Positions 26,624 through 41,419 are shown, numbered from the whole stretch's first letter. The stretch is 63,871 nucleotides of DNA, filler included, from Neolecta irregularis DAH-3 (GCA_001929475.1; 13 parts of 13 records of this genome joined end to end with filler, not necessarily neighbours in it), one strand, 5' to 3'. Notes: generated from the sequence alone by a model not told the origin. Numbers and translations are program-made.

Positions 26624-27358
26624 ATGGTAAAGTTCTTCTGCAGCCGCTACACCTACGAGTATGCGTGTTTCTGCCGCTGTTGCTGACTTTAGCCATCACT
26701 GGTCGACTGTCAGTCTCGCCTGGTTCCTACGCTACCCAAAGTGAACCTTCCTTAATCCACCCGCTGACCTTTGCCAGTCCGTATGCCGCCCATGTCGTCG
26801 CTGCAGATGTCATAGACCGCCATGTGGATGGCAAAGGCAGACTCCACACCACCAGACTGCTCCTGAAGAAGGGAAAACTACCCCACTGGGGCGCAAAGGC
26901 AGGCCATCCAAGAATACCCCGCACGCTGACTCGGCCAGTTTTTGAACTTTTCCCAGAGTTACATCCTCGAGCATTCTGTGGTCGATCCAGTAGCAAAGAC
27001 CATGCACACGCGCATTCGCAACCTCAACCATACAAGAGTAATGCAGGTGGAAGAGACACAACTATACATCGAAAATAGTGACAAGACGTACATCCCTGCA
27101 GCCCTAGTATTCCTTCTAATAATACCATAGGACAAGTTGCCTTGTCGAGGCAAGGTTCCTCTCGCCCTTTGGGTGGGGTGTAGCTAAACGCATTGAAAAG
27201 TTCGGACAGAGCAAATTTATTGAAAATTTACAAAAGGTATTTCCTTAAATTCCTTAAACTGACCCTTGAAGAGTCGAAGCGGAATGAAATTTATTCTAGA
27301 GCGGCTGCGCGAGAATGGATATCGGCTGCATGCTCTGCGAAATGCCGTACCACACTGA
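26624..27358 (+). CDS. UPS1: PRELI/MSF1 mitochondrial lipid-transfer protein (Ups1-like)
   Basis: MVKFF...WSTVSLAWFLRYPNPYAAHVVAADVIDR...TRLLLKKGKLP...SYILEHSVVDP...NLNHTRVMQVEE. Confidence 0.88.
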
Positions 27359-27564
27359 AACAGATTTTATTAGCCAGTTATGCAGGAGTTTAGGTGTTTG
27401 TGATATGGGAAATTTATACTGATCAGCTTGATTTTATATTGATCTACCTGTTTTTCTTCATTGGTTTATTTTTTAAAATTATCTGCTTTCACACTATCGA
27501 TGTGCGGTAAGATAATTTTTGTGGCAACTACGTCATTAGCTTCCATCTCGTTTTCCTCCATACC

Positions 27565-28287
27565 ATGTTCGGTCTTCGTTCAGTATCAAGATGGGTAAAA
27601 GGGATTCATCTGCAGTCTACCAGAGCCTATTCAAATGCTCCAAAAGCTATAACAATTAATCTTCACCCGCCAAAAGACTCGCATTCGCTCCCCCCGGAAC
27701 ACCAACTATATCCAACATGCACATCCGATCCCCCATTTGACCGTCATAGACCCACAGGCGAAAGAAATACAGTGTTCCCGAGAGCTCCTACAGCCTCTGA
27801 AGCTCCAGCTGGCAAGAAAGCTCTCGGTCCTGACTTTGTAGCTTCAGAGTTAGGTTCTCCCGCTGAGCGGAAGAGGAAACTTGATTCGTACTACGAAGGC
27901 CAACTGATCCACAGTAAAGTCGTCGAAGACGAAGTGGTTCAACCTATCAAGCGAATAAACGAAGCCACGGAAAACATGAGAGCCAGATTACTCTATCAAT
28001 CTAGAAAACGGGGAATTCTAGAGACGGATTTACTGCTGAGCACATTTGCGAGCAAGTTTTTGAAAGGATTTTCAAGAGACGAGCTACAAGAATATGACAG
28101 AGTAGATGTGTCTTTGTCATTGCTGATTTTTTAGATTCTTGATTGTCCAGATTGGAATATATATTACTGGGCTACTGGAAAGAAAGAACTCGCGGACGAT
28201 TTGAAGGGCAGTAAAATCATGGAGAAATTGATTGTTCATGTGAGAAATGAAGCCAGGGAAACGAGACGAATGCCTGATGTAAACTGA
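27565..28287 (+). CDS. SDH5: Succinate dehydrogenase assembly factor 2
   Basis: [29 protein letters not shown] in last exon; mitochondrial presequence. Confidence 0.93.
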
Positions 28288-28304
28288 TCGCTTTTACAAC
28301 CATC

Positions 28305-29040
28305 TCAGTGACAAATATTAATTACGCCTTTTAATATACCCCTGACAGAATTGAAAAGTAGTATTTCTTCTCCATGCTGAAGTCGTTCTTTGAAAACCTT
28401 TCCTTCAACAATTTTAACGCCCTTGATGGTTCCTTGGTCGAGTAGAGTTTTCCTCAACACTCCATCGAGCAAACCACACTCCAGTGGCGGAGTAATCCAC
28501 TTTAGCTTCCTTAAGACCGCAAAATTCGTTATACTCCCTTCCGTAAGTTCATTCCTTTCATTCCATAACAACACTTCCTGATTTCCCGTTATCTCGAAGC
28601 GTTCTCTGGCAGCGGTATAATGAGAGCGATAGGTAGTCTTGTTCTCTACAAAAGGACGAAAGTAATCGGGTATCGGCTCTGTATCAACAAACACCGTCCA
28701 AATGACATCGACCACCAGTGAAACTGGAAGCGGGGAGGAAGTAACTTGGATCGATGACTCTGAAACAACAAGTCTGAGCTATTTCTCTTAGAATTAAAGG
28801 GTAGAATGTGGTTCTAGCCTTACTACGTGTTGTTGGCGTTGTTTCTTCGAGCGTTTTCTTTACTTTATCAAGATCGATGTTATAATTTAGATTCTTTGCA
28901 GAATATAATAGCCGTTGAAGGTGAAGATGGAGTAAATAAAATGATTGTTCAAGTGAAGGGTCGTATAATATAGATTCAATCATAGAAAACTGTTTCTCTG
29001 AGAGCGCCTTTAGCACTTGGTCTTTTGAAGGAAGACCCAT
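28305..29040 (-). CDS. ABZ2: Aminodeoxychorismate lyase (PLP class IV)
   Basis: FSMIESI, LHLQRL, KTTYRSHYTAAR, EVLLWNERNELTEGSITN, TPPLECGLLDG, FNSVRG; start codon uncertain. Confidence 0.85.
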
Positions 29041-29138
29041 TGATGTGTGACTTGTCGATGAGGAAATATTTGATGTCACGTTTTCCCATTCGAGTGACCT
29101 TCTTCTATCCTCATCCCAGGTCAACGTGAGGTTTGATA

Positions 29139-29725
29139 ATGCCCAAGGTGCCGTTCTTTCTTGTCCTTGATTTGTATTAATCTCGCTGGATAGTTCTACT
29201 GTGATTACTGCGACGTTTACCTAACTCATGACTCTACCTCGGTTCGGAGAGCTCATAATCACGGAAGAGCACATATTCAAAATGTGATAGATTATTATCT
29301 GAGTAAGACATTCATTGGACCGTTTTGTGATATTGTAGAAATCAGTCAAGAACAGTTACAGTCAAAGATCGATTCGATTACTTCAGCTCACGATCTGAGT
29401 AAAACTCCTATCCAGCTTTATAATTTTGGTCAAGCACGTATGTTTTCACATTCCACTCCTTGAAAATATTTTGACTGGAATAAGCAAAACCAGGAAAACC
29501 ATTACCTCTTTCTCCGTTTACTATTCCTCGTATGTTTTCCTTTTGTCTTGAAGGCTACTGATAGTTTCAGCTGGGCCAGGCTTAGTTCCTTTTGGCTTTC
29601 CTACACCGCGACTTGGAAGCGCGATTCCCCCTCCTCCTTATCCTGGACAAGCACAGGCTACCTCGCAGATGCCTGTGGTAGGGGGCATGCCTATGCCAGG
29701 AGTAATACCGCAAGCCGGGTTTTAG
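29139..29725 (+). CDS. YHC1: U1 snRNP C protein (U1-C), 5 exons, absent from ORF track
   Basis: Spliced [38 protein letters not shown] matrin-type zinc finger; Pro/Met-rich tail PPPPYPG...MPMPG. Confidence 0.93.
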
Positions 29726-29888
29726 AAAATAAAAAGACAGCATATGTAACAAAGACCAATTTATATTAGCTATTTCTCGTCGTTAAAANNNNNNNNNNNN
29801 NNNNNNNNNNNNNNNNNNNNNNNNNNNNNNNNTTAATTAATTAANNNNNNNNNNNNNNNNNNNNNNNNNNNNNNNNNNNNNNNNNNNN

Positions 29889-31900
<2,012 letters not shown>

Positions 31901-32036
31901 GCTCCTTTTACTCTTTATTAGAATTCTGTCTTTAGTNNNNNNNNNNNNNNNNNNNNNNNNNNNNNNNNNNNNNNNNNNNNTTAATTAATTAANNNNNNNN
32001 NNNNNNNNNNNNNNNNNNNNNNNNNNNNNNNNNNNN

Positions 32037-33449
32037 GGGGTTTCGACCGACGAAATAATGGTGATGTTGAATGTAATTTGTGTTCGACGAGGATTCCTAG
32101 TATTGGGTAGATAAATATCAATAAAACCATTAAACCGAATAAGACAGTCAATGTCATTGGACGAAGGGGCCTAGAGGAGTCCGAATCAAACAACACATAT
32201 CTTGCATAAGGAAGCCCATTCATCACAGCTCCAGTACCAATTTCCTCAAAGGATGCAATGGTCAACAGTCCGTTGATGTATACTGATGGAGGAATGAACA
32301 ACATCATAATGGCCCATCCGTAACCCGGTGGAGCGAATTGGCTCTCAAGATATTTGGCCAGAAATCCAAAACAAGCGACGATGATAACTGCCAAGATCCC
32401 TGAGGTTGTTCCCTTTTTGAAGAAGGATGACAGGAAAAGACTGTAGGAGACCAAAACCAGCAATGTGAGGACATGTAGACTGACCAGGATAGAAGTTTGT
32501 GTGTAAGTGAAAACCTTTTTCGCGAGGATGAGACCGATTGCAAAATAGGCCGGGAGGTATGCTAGGACGATATAAAGCCACCAACTTGTGAATCTCGCAG
32601 ATGTGCGACAGCCCATTACATCCATCAGATATGTCAGACCAGCATCGCGCTCCTGACTGACAGAGCAAACAAGATGATAAACTGGTCCCAAGATTCCGAC
32701 AAAATATGCAAGGATGAGGAGCGTTTGAAAAGTAGACATGTAGCTTCGTTTATTGCGATGGGATCGTGCCTTATCCGATTCCTGAGTAAAAGAGTATTCC
32801 TCTGGGATGGATAGTTTCTTTCCTGTAACTGCTTCTACAATAGCCGATTCTACTGCATGTTGTAACGATAGAAGAACGGAAACTGGACCATTATGGTTGT
32901 TTACTCCCGAATTGTGAAGCAAGTAAGAAATTTGGATAAATGCTCCAGAGCCAAGAATTGTATAATTGTACATGTTCTCGGTGCGGTCCAAGTTTCGGAA
33001 TCTGACTGCAGCCAAACAATTTGATTCGATTCGATTCTCGGCGAGACAATCGGCGTATAAAGTTGAGTTGTCTTGTCGACGAAGTACTTCGATCTTTGAA
33101 GGGAAACTTTCTGTTATGATATCTCCGATTTCATAAGCAAGACTGGGGTTGTTTGAAGTGTCGATTAATAAAAACTTGCCAGAGTATCGATCAAGTAACT
33201 TGTAAAGAGGTTCTATCGCCTGGGAATTTCCAACTCCATTCTTTGAAGGAGAAGAAAAAAAACCCGGCGTGAACGACAGAAAGTAGAATAATCCTTTGAA
33301 TATCAACCCAGCATCACATCAGCCTTTAGATTACCAATGGGGATTAACAGACACCGAATAACATTAATGATCCATCGGTTTTTGAATACTAGTGCATTTT
33401 TTTGGGTCAATGCCCCAGTTTGTCTAAGAACATCCCTTAGATAACCCAT
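32037..33449 (-). CDS. ABCA-subfamily transporter, N-terminal half (3' end lost in gap)
   Basis: QTGALTQKNALVFKNR N-terminal motif, LQHAVESAI, ERDAGLTYLMDVMG, several TM helices. Confidence 0.85.
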
Positions 33450-33995
33450 CCTCGTTCCTTGGAGACTTGATTAATAAAAGAGGAAAAGAGAAAACGCCGA
33501 ACTCTTAAAAGAAAACCAGCCTGACATATTGGGACTTCCGGATTGGGAGATCATCGTTTCCGGGCAATCCAGATCCCACCCGTACCCTCTAATCCAAGCG
33601 CAAGCGGCAATACTTTTCTGGATTGCAGCGGCAATGCTTCCAAGAGACGCACCTCAATGGGCAGAATACATTGTCTCATTATTCAAATCATAAGCCTTCC
33701 GGATGCTGGGGTTGCTAATAATCATTTGATCAATAATGTACTGGTTCGGCTTGATCGGCTTGGACGCATATGGATACATTTTCTGAGTTAGGATTCTTAC
33801 TACCTTTTCGGGATTGGGAACTTGGTTAAGTATGCGCAGACTTGCTAACAAGTAAGCAAGTCCAATTCTGGACTTTGGACTTGCTTGCTTGCATANNNNN
33901 NNNNNNNNNNNNNNNNNNNNNNNNNNNNNNNNNNNNNNNTTAATTAATTAANNNNNNNNNNNNNNNNNNNNNNNNNNNNNNNNNNNNNNNNNNNN

Positions 33996-34384
33996 TGGCG
34001 CCCATCGAGGCGGTGAGCGCGGTCAAGGCGCGGCAGGCGCGGGAGGCGCGGGAGGCGGATAGCGGGAGGGATGGGAGAAATGGGAGGGATGGCGGTATCG
34101 GCGGGAGAGATGGGAGAGATGGGAGGGATGGGAGAGATGGGAGGATCTTTGAGAGAGATGGGATCTCTGGATCTACCGCCCGCCTGGGCATCGACTGCCT
34201 GCAGCGCGGCAGCAACGGTTCCGTCCCCGCCGCGCTCCGCTGACCGGCAGACATGCGCGAGGCCTTTGTCATCGACCCGCTGATCGGCAAGCGCCAGCAG
34301 CTGCTGCTGGCCACGCAGCTGTGCCGCATGGTGCTCAAGGTCAACGATGTCATTGTTGCAGGCCGCGGTGACGATGCCTATTAG
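33996..34384 (+). CDS. CCT5: Chaperonin CCT epsilon subunit, C-terminus
   Basis: [47 protein letters not shown]. Confidence 0.92.
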
Positions 34385-34419
34385 CAGTCTACACAGCTTG
34401 TCTGACCTCGATCTCCCTC

Positions 34420-34700
34420 TGATATACTCTCCCTCTGCTTCTCGCATCTCTACTCTCAGCATCTCTCTACTCTTCTCCCTACTCTATCTCCCTCTGCTCC
34501 TCTGATCTCTGTTCTCTGTTCTCCCTACTCTATCTCCCTCTGCTCCTCTGTTCTCTGTTCTCCCTCCATCTCCCTACTCTCTCCCTACTCACCCGCAGCC
34601 GCCGCCCTCATGTCGGTCTATAGCCGCCCTCATGTCGGTCTATAGCCTCATGTCGGTTTATATCCCTCATGTGCGGTTATAGCCTCGTGCGGCTATATTT
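34420..34700. repeat. CT-rich low complexity tract followed by degenerate cctcatgtcggtctatag tandem repeats
   Basis: Visible ctccctactc/ctctgttct repeats and 4-5 copies of an 18-22 bp unit. Confidence 0.85.
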
Positions 34701-34903
34701 ACACGTTCGCAGCTCGCGCGTGACTCGTCAGGTGTGCCCCCAAGCTCCATATAGCCGCCGGCCCTGCCCGAACCCCCCGTGCTTTTCTCGCCGCATCCTC
34801 GTTTCTTCCTCTTTCTTCCTCGTTCCTCCCACTCTCCCTCTGCTCTCCCCTACTGTCCCGTCTCTCACTCTCCTCTCCCTCTACTCTCCCCTGCTGTCCA
34901 GGC

Positions 34904-36303
34904 ATGCCTACTGCTCTCGCCGATCCCGTCCTCTCCCTCGCCGTCAACAACATCCACAAAATAGATGCAATAAACGCAGAGTGCCTCTCCAGCATGTGGA
35001 CCGGTACTGCCCTCCACCATCCCTCTAACTCCCAGTCTTCACAAAGTGCAAGGAAAACCTCGAAAACGGCCGCCGCCTCGAAAACCTGTCCTGGCGCCTC
35101 TGGTTCCGCGAGTCGCTGTCCTTTGACCTGCCCCCCGTCCTGCCCACAGACATCCTCCACCGCAACATCCTTCTCCCAGACCTCTCCTCTTCTGTAGACT
35201 CGGAAGACTCGGTCGCCGACATCCGCTCCGTTGACAACCCTCCCGCCACCCGCCCTCCCGCCCCCACAAGAACTCTCTCCTCCAGATCCAGGCATCTCAC
35301 CCCGGATCGCTTCCAGCGCCTCATCTCCGCTCTCGCCCCGCACTCCAGCGGTCCAGAGCGCTGGAAAGAGTTCAGACTCGACCACCCTGCAGTCTTTTCC
35401 GCCCCCGTAGAAAAAACAACAACCGTCGCGAAACCCTGTGCTCTCTCCCCCGCAGTCGATCTGCACCCCTCCTCCTCCTGTCCCCATGAAGCCTCCCAGC
35501 CCGTACAGCGCGCTTCAACCGCCGGCGCAACCAGGCCCCACGGCAGTGTCATCCACGGCTTTCAAATCATCCCCTCAGCCCCAACAGACATTCCCGCTCT
35601 CTCGCAGACCGCTGCTTTCTACCTCGGCGCTTCCTCATCGCCCCCAAACAACTCGGCTACCCCAAAAGCTTGTCCACCCTTGTCCCGCGTCTCCACTTTT
35701 GCAGACTTGATTGGCCCGCCTCAACCCCCCGTCGCTCTCGACACCACTGCCGAGGAGACCGATGATGAATGGGACTCTATATATACCTCCAGCGGCAATT
35801 CCAGCCCCACCGAGACCCAAATGTTTCCCAAAGTCGAAGGGCGTCCCCCTCTAGCCTCTAATCGCTCACTCCTCTCCTGCCTCCTCGAGAGCAAGACTTG
35901 CACCGCCAAGTCTAGCGCTGCTTTGTCGCGACTCGCAACACCTGACCCGTCACCCCGAAAAGTTACTGCTATTCTAAAAACAGCCCCTCTTCGTTCCCTC
36001 TTTCGTAAATCTTCTGCTTCAGCTCTTTCCGCGGCTTCTGCGAATGCCGCCCTTCAGATTTCTGCATCTCCCAGGACTACCCGGCGCAACATGCTCGCCA
36101 CAGAGCTCTCGGAAAGTCTTCGACGAAACTTGCTGTGGGAACGCCAACAAAAAACTATGACTTCGGCGGCCGTTCTCAAGCGACGTTACACAAGTACAGA
36201 CATTTCCAACCTAAGCGAGTTTCCAAACCCCAATTCTTTGTCCCCGGTATCGACCGGTTTTGACCAGGCTGATCATCACGAATACCATGCGGTCGGTTGG
36301 TAG
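34904..36303 (+). CDS. DUF1752 + DUF3295 fungal regulatory protein
   Basis: LSSMWTVFTKCKENLENGRRLENLSWRLW; SPRTTRRNMLATELSESLRRNLLWERQQK; YHAVGW*. Confidence 0.88.
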
Positions 36304-36478
36304 TATGCAAAATTGGTTTTTCTATCATTTGGGCACCTTATTTTTATTTGCGGCGTTCACATGCTTTATCATATACCAATGCCTTGATTAAATTGTACAG
36401 TCTTATTCTTCAAAGGGAATAAGCAATCAAGCTCTTATGTACAGTATGATGTTTAATTGACTACAAAAGGAAACCTGT

Positions 36479-38794
36479 CTAGAAGGCAAATAGACATCGG
36501 CTGTGAAGTACCCTGCTGCCGAGTAAATCCCACTCTACCTGGCCGATCCACATTTCAGTTGCTATTTTCAATTTACTTGTAACTGATCCGCCTTTCCACG
36601 CCAAGATCGTCGGGTCCATTTCGCGTGGTGGAGGCACTACCTGGATGTATGACGAATTCAGCATTGTTTGTAATCTAAAATGTAACTACTATGTTTGCAG
36701 ACAAGTGTACCTTGTTTCCAGCAGACGCGGAAACCCCGGCGCCATGCCACTTCCTCCAACAACAATAATCGACTCGTATAACCTGTTTAAGCGTTCCATA
36801 TTATTCACCGAAGCAAACTGAATACTTTGTGCAACAGCAACATCGACCGGGATAATCGGATATTCGGGCGACGTTGTCGGGGAGTCGGTTAGAGGTATGC
36901 CCAAGGGCTGTGTAACCACGGGTGTCAATTCGCGCTCAGGCGAGCCTCTCATTGAAGAGGCCGGCGTAAAAGTAACGCTAGCTGCCGCAGGTTGCTTGGC
37001 TGGGCTTGATTCTGTATTTGAAAGTGCAGCTACTACTGCTTTGCCAAGTAGCTTGTTTTGTGCAAGAGACTTGCTATCAGCACAACCCAACCAATTACAT
37101 ACTTCAGGTTCGTTCGTCGTATTATCGTATATATCTTGAGATATAGGAAACAGGGTATTCTTGTACGGAAGAATCTGCCCTCGCTCAAAACTCTGTGGGA
37201 AGAAAGGAGACTGTCAATGAGACACCATTCAACATGTAGTTACCATAGGCGCCATGATAACCTCGTCGTAGACTTTAAAAGTAAACTTTCGAGTAGCCTC
37301 TCCAGGCGCTCGAACAAAGAATTGGTACAGGTTGATGGCAATTTGACCTTCATTTGTCGTACAAAACTTTAGTTTCAATTCTTCGACAAGGAGCCAATCA
37401 TGCGATTGATTTAAATTGACAGACGAATACGGAAACGATGACCGGAGAAGCAACTTTGTGAAAAGTTCAGTGATATCGTCGCCGCCGTATTTCATATCAA
37501 TACTGTAAATGTAAGCGGATCAAGCCAGATCGATACCGAGAATCAGAAATACACATTCCTTCGTCAACGCATGAAATCGACGTCTTTTGGGCGCCAATGT
37601 CAACTACACACGCCGACGAGATTCCCGCTCCAAAAGTAACACTCACCGATTCCTGTTGTATGCATACCCTCGACAATCCAATTTCTCGCAACAGTAAATG
37701 AATAAGCTCGATTATACAAGTCCGGTCATATAAATCTGGGATGATTAGGACGGCCGAGTATTGACTGATGTCTCGTAATTTAATCAACAGTTCATCTTCA
37801 ATTGATTTTTCCAAAATTAAGCGAATGTCGCCGAGTAACGAGCGTCGGGTTTTGTAATCTTGTTCATTAAAGGAGCCGTGCTTGTACGGCCAAAATAGTT
37901 TGTATTCGGCATTATTTGACGGTAGCGAGAGCGCCTTTATCAGTGCGAATACAAGTTCCAACACACCTTTTGGCCAATGACATAGCTGGGCTTGTTGGAC
38001 ACATCCGTCCATTCTACTCGGTTTGGATCATTGTGGTCGGGAATCACCTCCACTTCTGATCGTTTATTGTAGCCAGCAGCTAGTTCGCGTGCATTCGGCA
38101 CAGAACGACGCTTTGCGGATCGTAAAAGAGATTTTACTTCGCCATCGAGAAGTGATACTATGGCTTCAAACTACCTTTCAGTAACGACGCTGGACGACTC
38201 ACTGATTCTCCAAACATTCCCTCTGGATTGTCCGGGTTGATTCTTTTAGGCACAATTTCACTGTCTTTAGGGTCCGTGTTTGGATCTACGCGCCGCGCAA
38301 TGACATTCGGCACAGTCTTGGGAAATGCATCGGAAGCAAGTCCAATTCGAAGATTTCTCGATCCAGGATGTATCACAATAATTCGCGAGCCAGCTTGCTC
38401 ATTCACAGTAGACTAGAGTTTCAACAAGGTATAAAAGTTGGGATACATCTTCGTCATCTTCATCTTCCATCGGCAAATCGTCTTGCACAGATTTCGCAAC
38501 GTCCTGGTTTCCTTCAGTCTTTTTAGCCTTTCGGGCATTCTCCTCGGCCAAATCAGCGAGAATCTTCCTGTTGACCCAAAACTAGAATCGTTTAGATGCC
38601 AGGTGCATCACAAAGGTACCTGGTCATCTTTCTTTAGATATTCTCTATACGGGTCAAGACGCAGGTGAAACAAACAATACCTACGTGTAGTAGTTTTTCT
38701 GGTTAATAGCTGGTATCGCAGGGACCGAAGTAAAACAATAATCATCTGGATTGTACTCGGGCCCGTCCAAGTTGATTTTTTTCTTGGGTGGCAT
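36479..38794 (-). CDS. ARP8: Actin-related protein 8 (INO80 complex)
   Basis: INQKNYYTEYLKKDDQ, IVIHPGSRNLRIGLASDAFP, ACVVDIGAQKTSISCVDEG, PPPREMDPTILAWKGG. Confidence 0.95.
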
Positions 38795-38988
38795 AATCTA
38801 GTGTAGTATCCAACGACTGCATTAATGAATCGATTTCTCACGTGATACATCCAACGGAGGCAAGACTTACAAATATGAAAATATACAGGATGCATCAGTG
38901 TGGTTTCAAGTAGCCATAACCAGCTTCCTATTACCTCGAATCTTATCAATCCTTTCGCCAGTCTCAATTTACAGCCTGTATATTAGGC

Positions 38989-39640
38989 ATGCGTCGCGTG
39001 AGCGGCAATGTAGGACGTTTTGGACAGAGACTGGTGAACACACGCTCTCTGCACGACAGAAAATCTTCAACAAAATTTTACGATTGTATGGGTTAAGATG
39101 TAATGACCTGATTTTCAAGTACTCCTTGAACAACCAGTTCTACCGAACGCGCACTTGAATAAAGATCAACAAGGGGACGACCGCAAGATTAGATTTTCTT
39201 CAAGGATGGATACACCGCCAAGTGTTCAAAAATCGAAGCAGGAATGGATTGAACTAGCGGATGGAATCAGAATCCCTGCCAAGCCTGAACCCCCTGACAA
39301 CTGCTGCATGTCGTGTGTTTTTGTTTCAAATAGGCTTGTTGCTGATGGTTTATAGTGGCTGCATGAAATGCGTTTGGGTTCTTTATCAGCAGGAAGTAGA
39401 TGAATGGATGGCCGCCATCGAAAATGCCAAGCATCAACTTGACGCTCTAGAAAAACCTGATCATCCTGGCACGCTAAAATCACGACAATTGTTGAGCAGG
39501 CAAGAGGACACGGCAGCCAGTATCGATCCCGGTTTGTCCTGATAAATGGGAGGGTATCTAAACTAGCAGGAATCCGCGCCTTTGTGACTTTAGAGAGATC
39601 GCTGGAATGGAAACGTGCCAGACGACTCGAGAATAATTAA
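38989..39640 (+). CDS. Mitochondrial oxidoreductase-like-domain protein (OXLD1/UPF0651)
   Basis: Arg-rich presequence; [35 protein letters not shown]. Confidence 0.85.
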
Positions 39641-39776
39641 AGAGGGGAGAGTGTAACGTATGATGAAAATAAGGGCAAGGAAACTTGCATCATTCAATGA
39701 CCCTCCCCTCCTCCAATGACGACAATCAAGCTATACGGCAAATGCCCGTTTCCGATTTCATCCGATCCTCAATTCT

Positions 39777-39784
39777 ATATAAAG
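39777..39784 (+). promoter_or_regulatory. TATA box of CipC-like gene
   Basis: TATATAAA about 35 nt upstream of the ATG at 39816. Confidence 0.55.
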
Positions 39785-39815
39785 CCCCTCTTACACCCAC
39801 GTCTCATCATCCAAC

Positions 39816-40260
39816 ATGTTCGGTTTTGACGAATCCAAAGAGCAGTACGAAAAAGTTTACAACAGCAACCACAAAGGAAACTTCACGCACGAGGTTCTCG
39901 CAGGTGCCGTTTCTTTTGAAGCGTTGAAGGCATTTGAAAATAAACAACGAAACAAGGGTATATCGATATCATGTAGAATACTAAGACTTAGGTGAAATTG
40001 TAAAGCACGCAATGGCAAAGGAAATTATTGCTGGATTTGCCGGAGCCGAAGCTGACAAGTTGTTCGAGTCCAAGGGCTTGGATTACCTTGATCGGTACGT
40101 TGATTATATCTCATGTTGACAAGTTAGTGAAATGGTCAAGAAGAAGGCGTCGGACAATGCCAAGAAGATGTACGAGTCTCATTATGAGTCCCAAGGGGAT
40201 GTCTATGATCCAAGTAGACATGCCGCGCCTTCTCAAATGGAGCAGTACAGAAGCTGGTAG
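39816..40260 (+). CDS. CipC-like protein (DUF3759)
   Basis: MFGFDE...HKGNFTHEVLAGAVSFEALKAFE...HAMAKEIIAGFAGAEADKLFESKGLD. Confidence 0.9.
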
Positions 40261-40288
40261 ATAGCGCAATACCGCCCAAGTAGTATAT

Positions 40289-40444
40289 ATGAAAAGCTTG
40301 TTTTTATACGTCCATGTGATAAATAGTAGTTCATCTATGAAAAGCATGGTTATACTTTTGATAAATTAGAATGACATGAAAAACATGGTTACGTCCGATA
40401 AATTAGTATGACATGAAAAGCATGGTTATACGTCCGATAAATTA
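40289..40444. repeat. Tandem repeat of a 37-39 bp unit (atgaaaagcatggttatacgtccgataaattag)
   Basis: Three clear copies from 40337 plus a degenerate upstream copy. Confidence 0.85.
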
Positions 40445-40481
40445 TTGTGAGATCAATCGATTAAAATCAATGCATAAATAA

Positions 40482-40553
40482 GGGTGCGTTCGCCAGCCAC
40501 TATTTTAACCCAAATATGACGTAATATTCCATATTCCATACGTTCGGCGCCAC
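40482..40553 (+). mobile_element. PIF/Harbinger-type terminal inverted repeat (orphan left end)
   Basis: TAA|GGGTGCGTTCGCCAGCCAC matches TIRs of 47924-48529; subterminal cgttcggcgccac at 40541. Confidence 0.7.
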
Positions 40554-41419
40554 AATTATTCCAATTTCATTTAAGAAACTAACAAAGATTGCAGCTATGA
40601 CAGGTCAAGAACCTCAAAGCTTTCCTAGCAGAGTTAATGCTCTTGTACATGCAGGATTAATGTACACTATTGAGTCTCTGCAATTTGACTGAAATTCCAG
40701 TCGAAAGGAAAAGTGTATTGCGGACGGAGCCAAAACCTTTCGTTATATCCCTCTCATATTATTCTTGCAACAGGTCAAAATGGCCAACCCATTATCCGCT
40801 ACATACCAGGTATTGAAGATTTTGAAGGCATTGTACACCATTCAAATCGACATACCACGGGAAAGATTTTTCCTGGAAGAAGGCTGTGGTAGTTGGATCC
40901 GTTAATTCGTAAGAAACTATTGACTAGACAAAGCTTTATGGTAGAGCGCATGACATAGCACAAGATTTTTACGAGCATGGAGCAGATACCACCATGATTC
41001 AAAGGTTAAGTACGCTGGTTGTAACCCTACAGTACGATCTACAAAGGCATATTTGATGGATGTAAGCATTTCCTGTCACAAAAGGCGAAACTGATAAATC
41101 AGCTGGTCCAACAACTGATGGACATTTCGTTAGCCGTTGTATGTTGCACAGGCTCACCAAAATTGTAATCATTGGATTAATGATGTGCCAAACGTTAGCA
41201 TTTTGTATTTCGTTTCAAGATTATTCTTGATCTGTGAAAGAACCATATGCAATGAGAATAGTATAGAGGATAGAGATTTTCCGATTATTTTTCCTGGTGC
41301 TATCTGATATCTGATATATCTGCTAGCGCAGACAAAATTACGAGATTGGTTCATATACTCTCAGGTAGAGCTTACCATTACGGAAGGAAGGCTTGTAATA
41401 ATATTCCGGCATTTTAAAT

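Noticed and set aside
33654-33895. Possible 3' exon of an unknown minus-strand gene with a gcaagt donor and a 12-bp hairpin
   Set aside because: Cut by the gap and no recognisable homology, so not counted among the GC-AG introns
34669-35552. Several long overlapping ORFs on both strands in GC-rich regions (also 18539-19337, 54934-55796, 50144-50701)
   Set aside because: Shadow ORFs of real genes or low-complexity repeats in stop-poor GC-rich DNA
40289-40444. 37-39 bp repeats of CRISPR-like length
   Set aside because: Head-to-tail with no unique spacers, eukaryotic context, no cas genes
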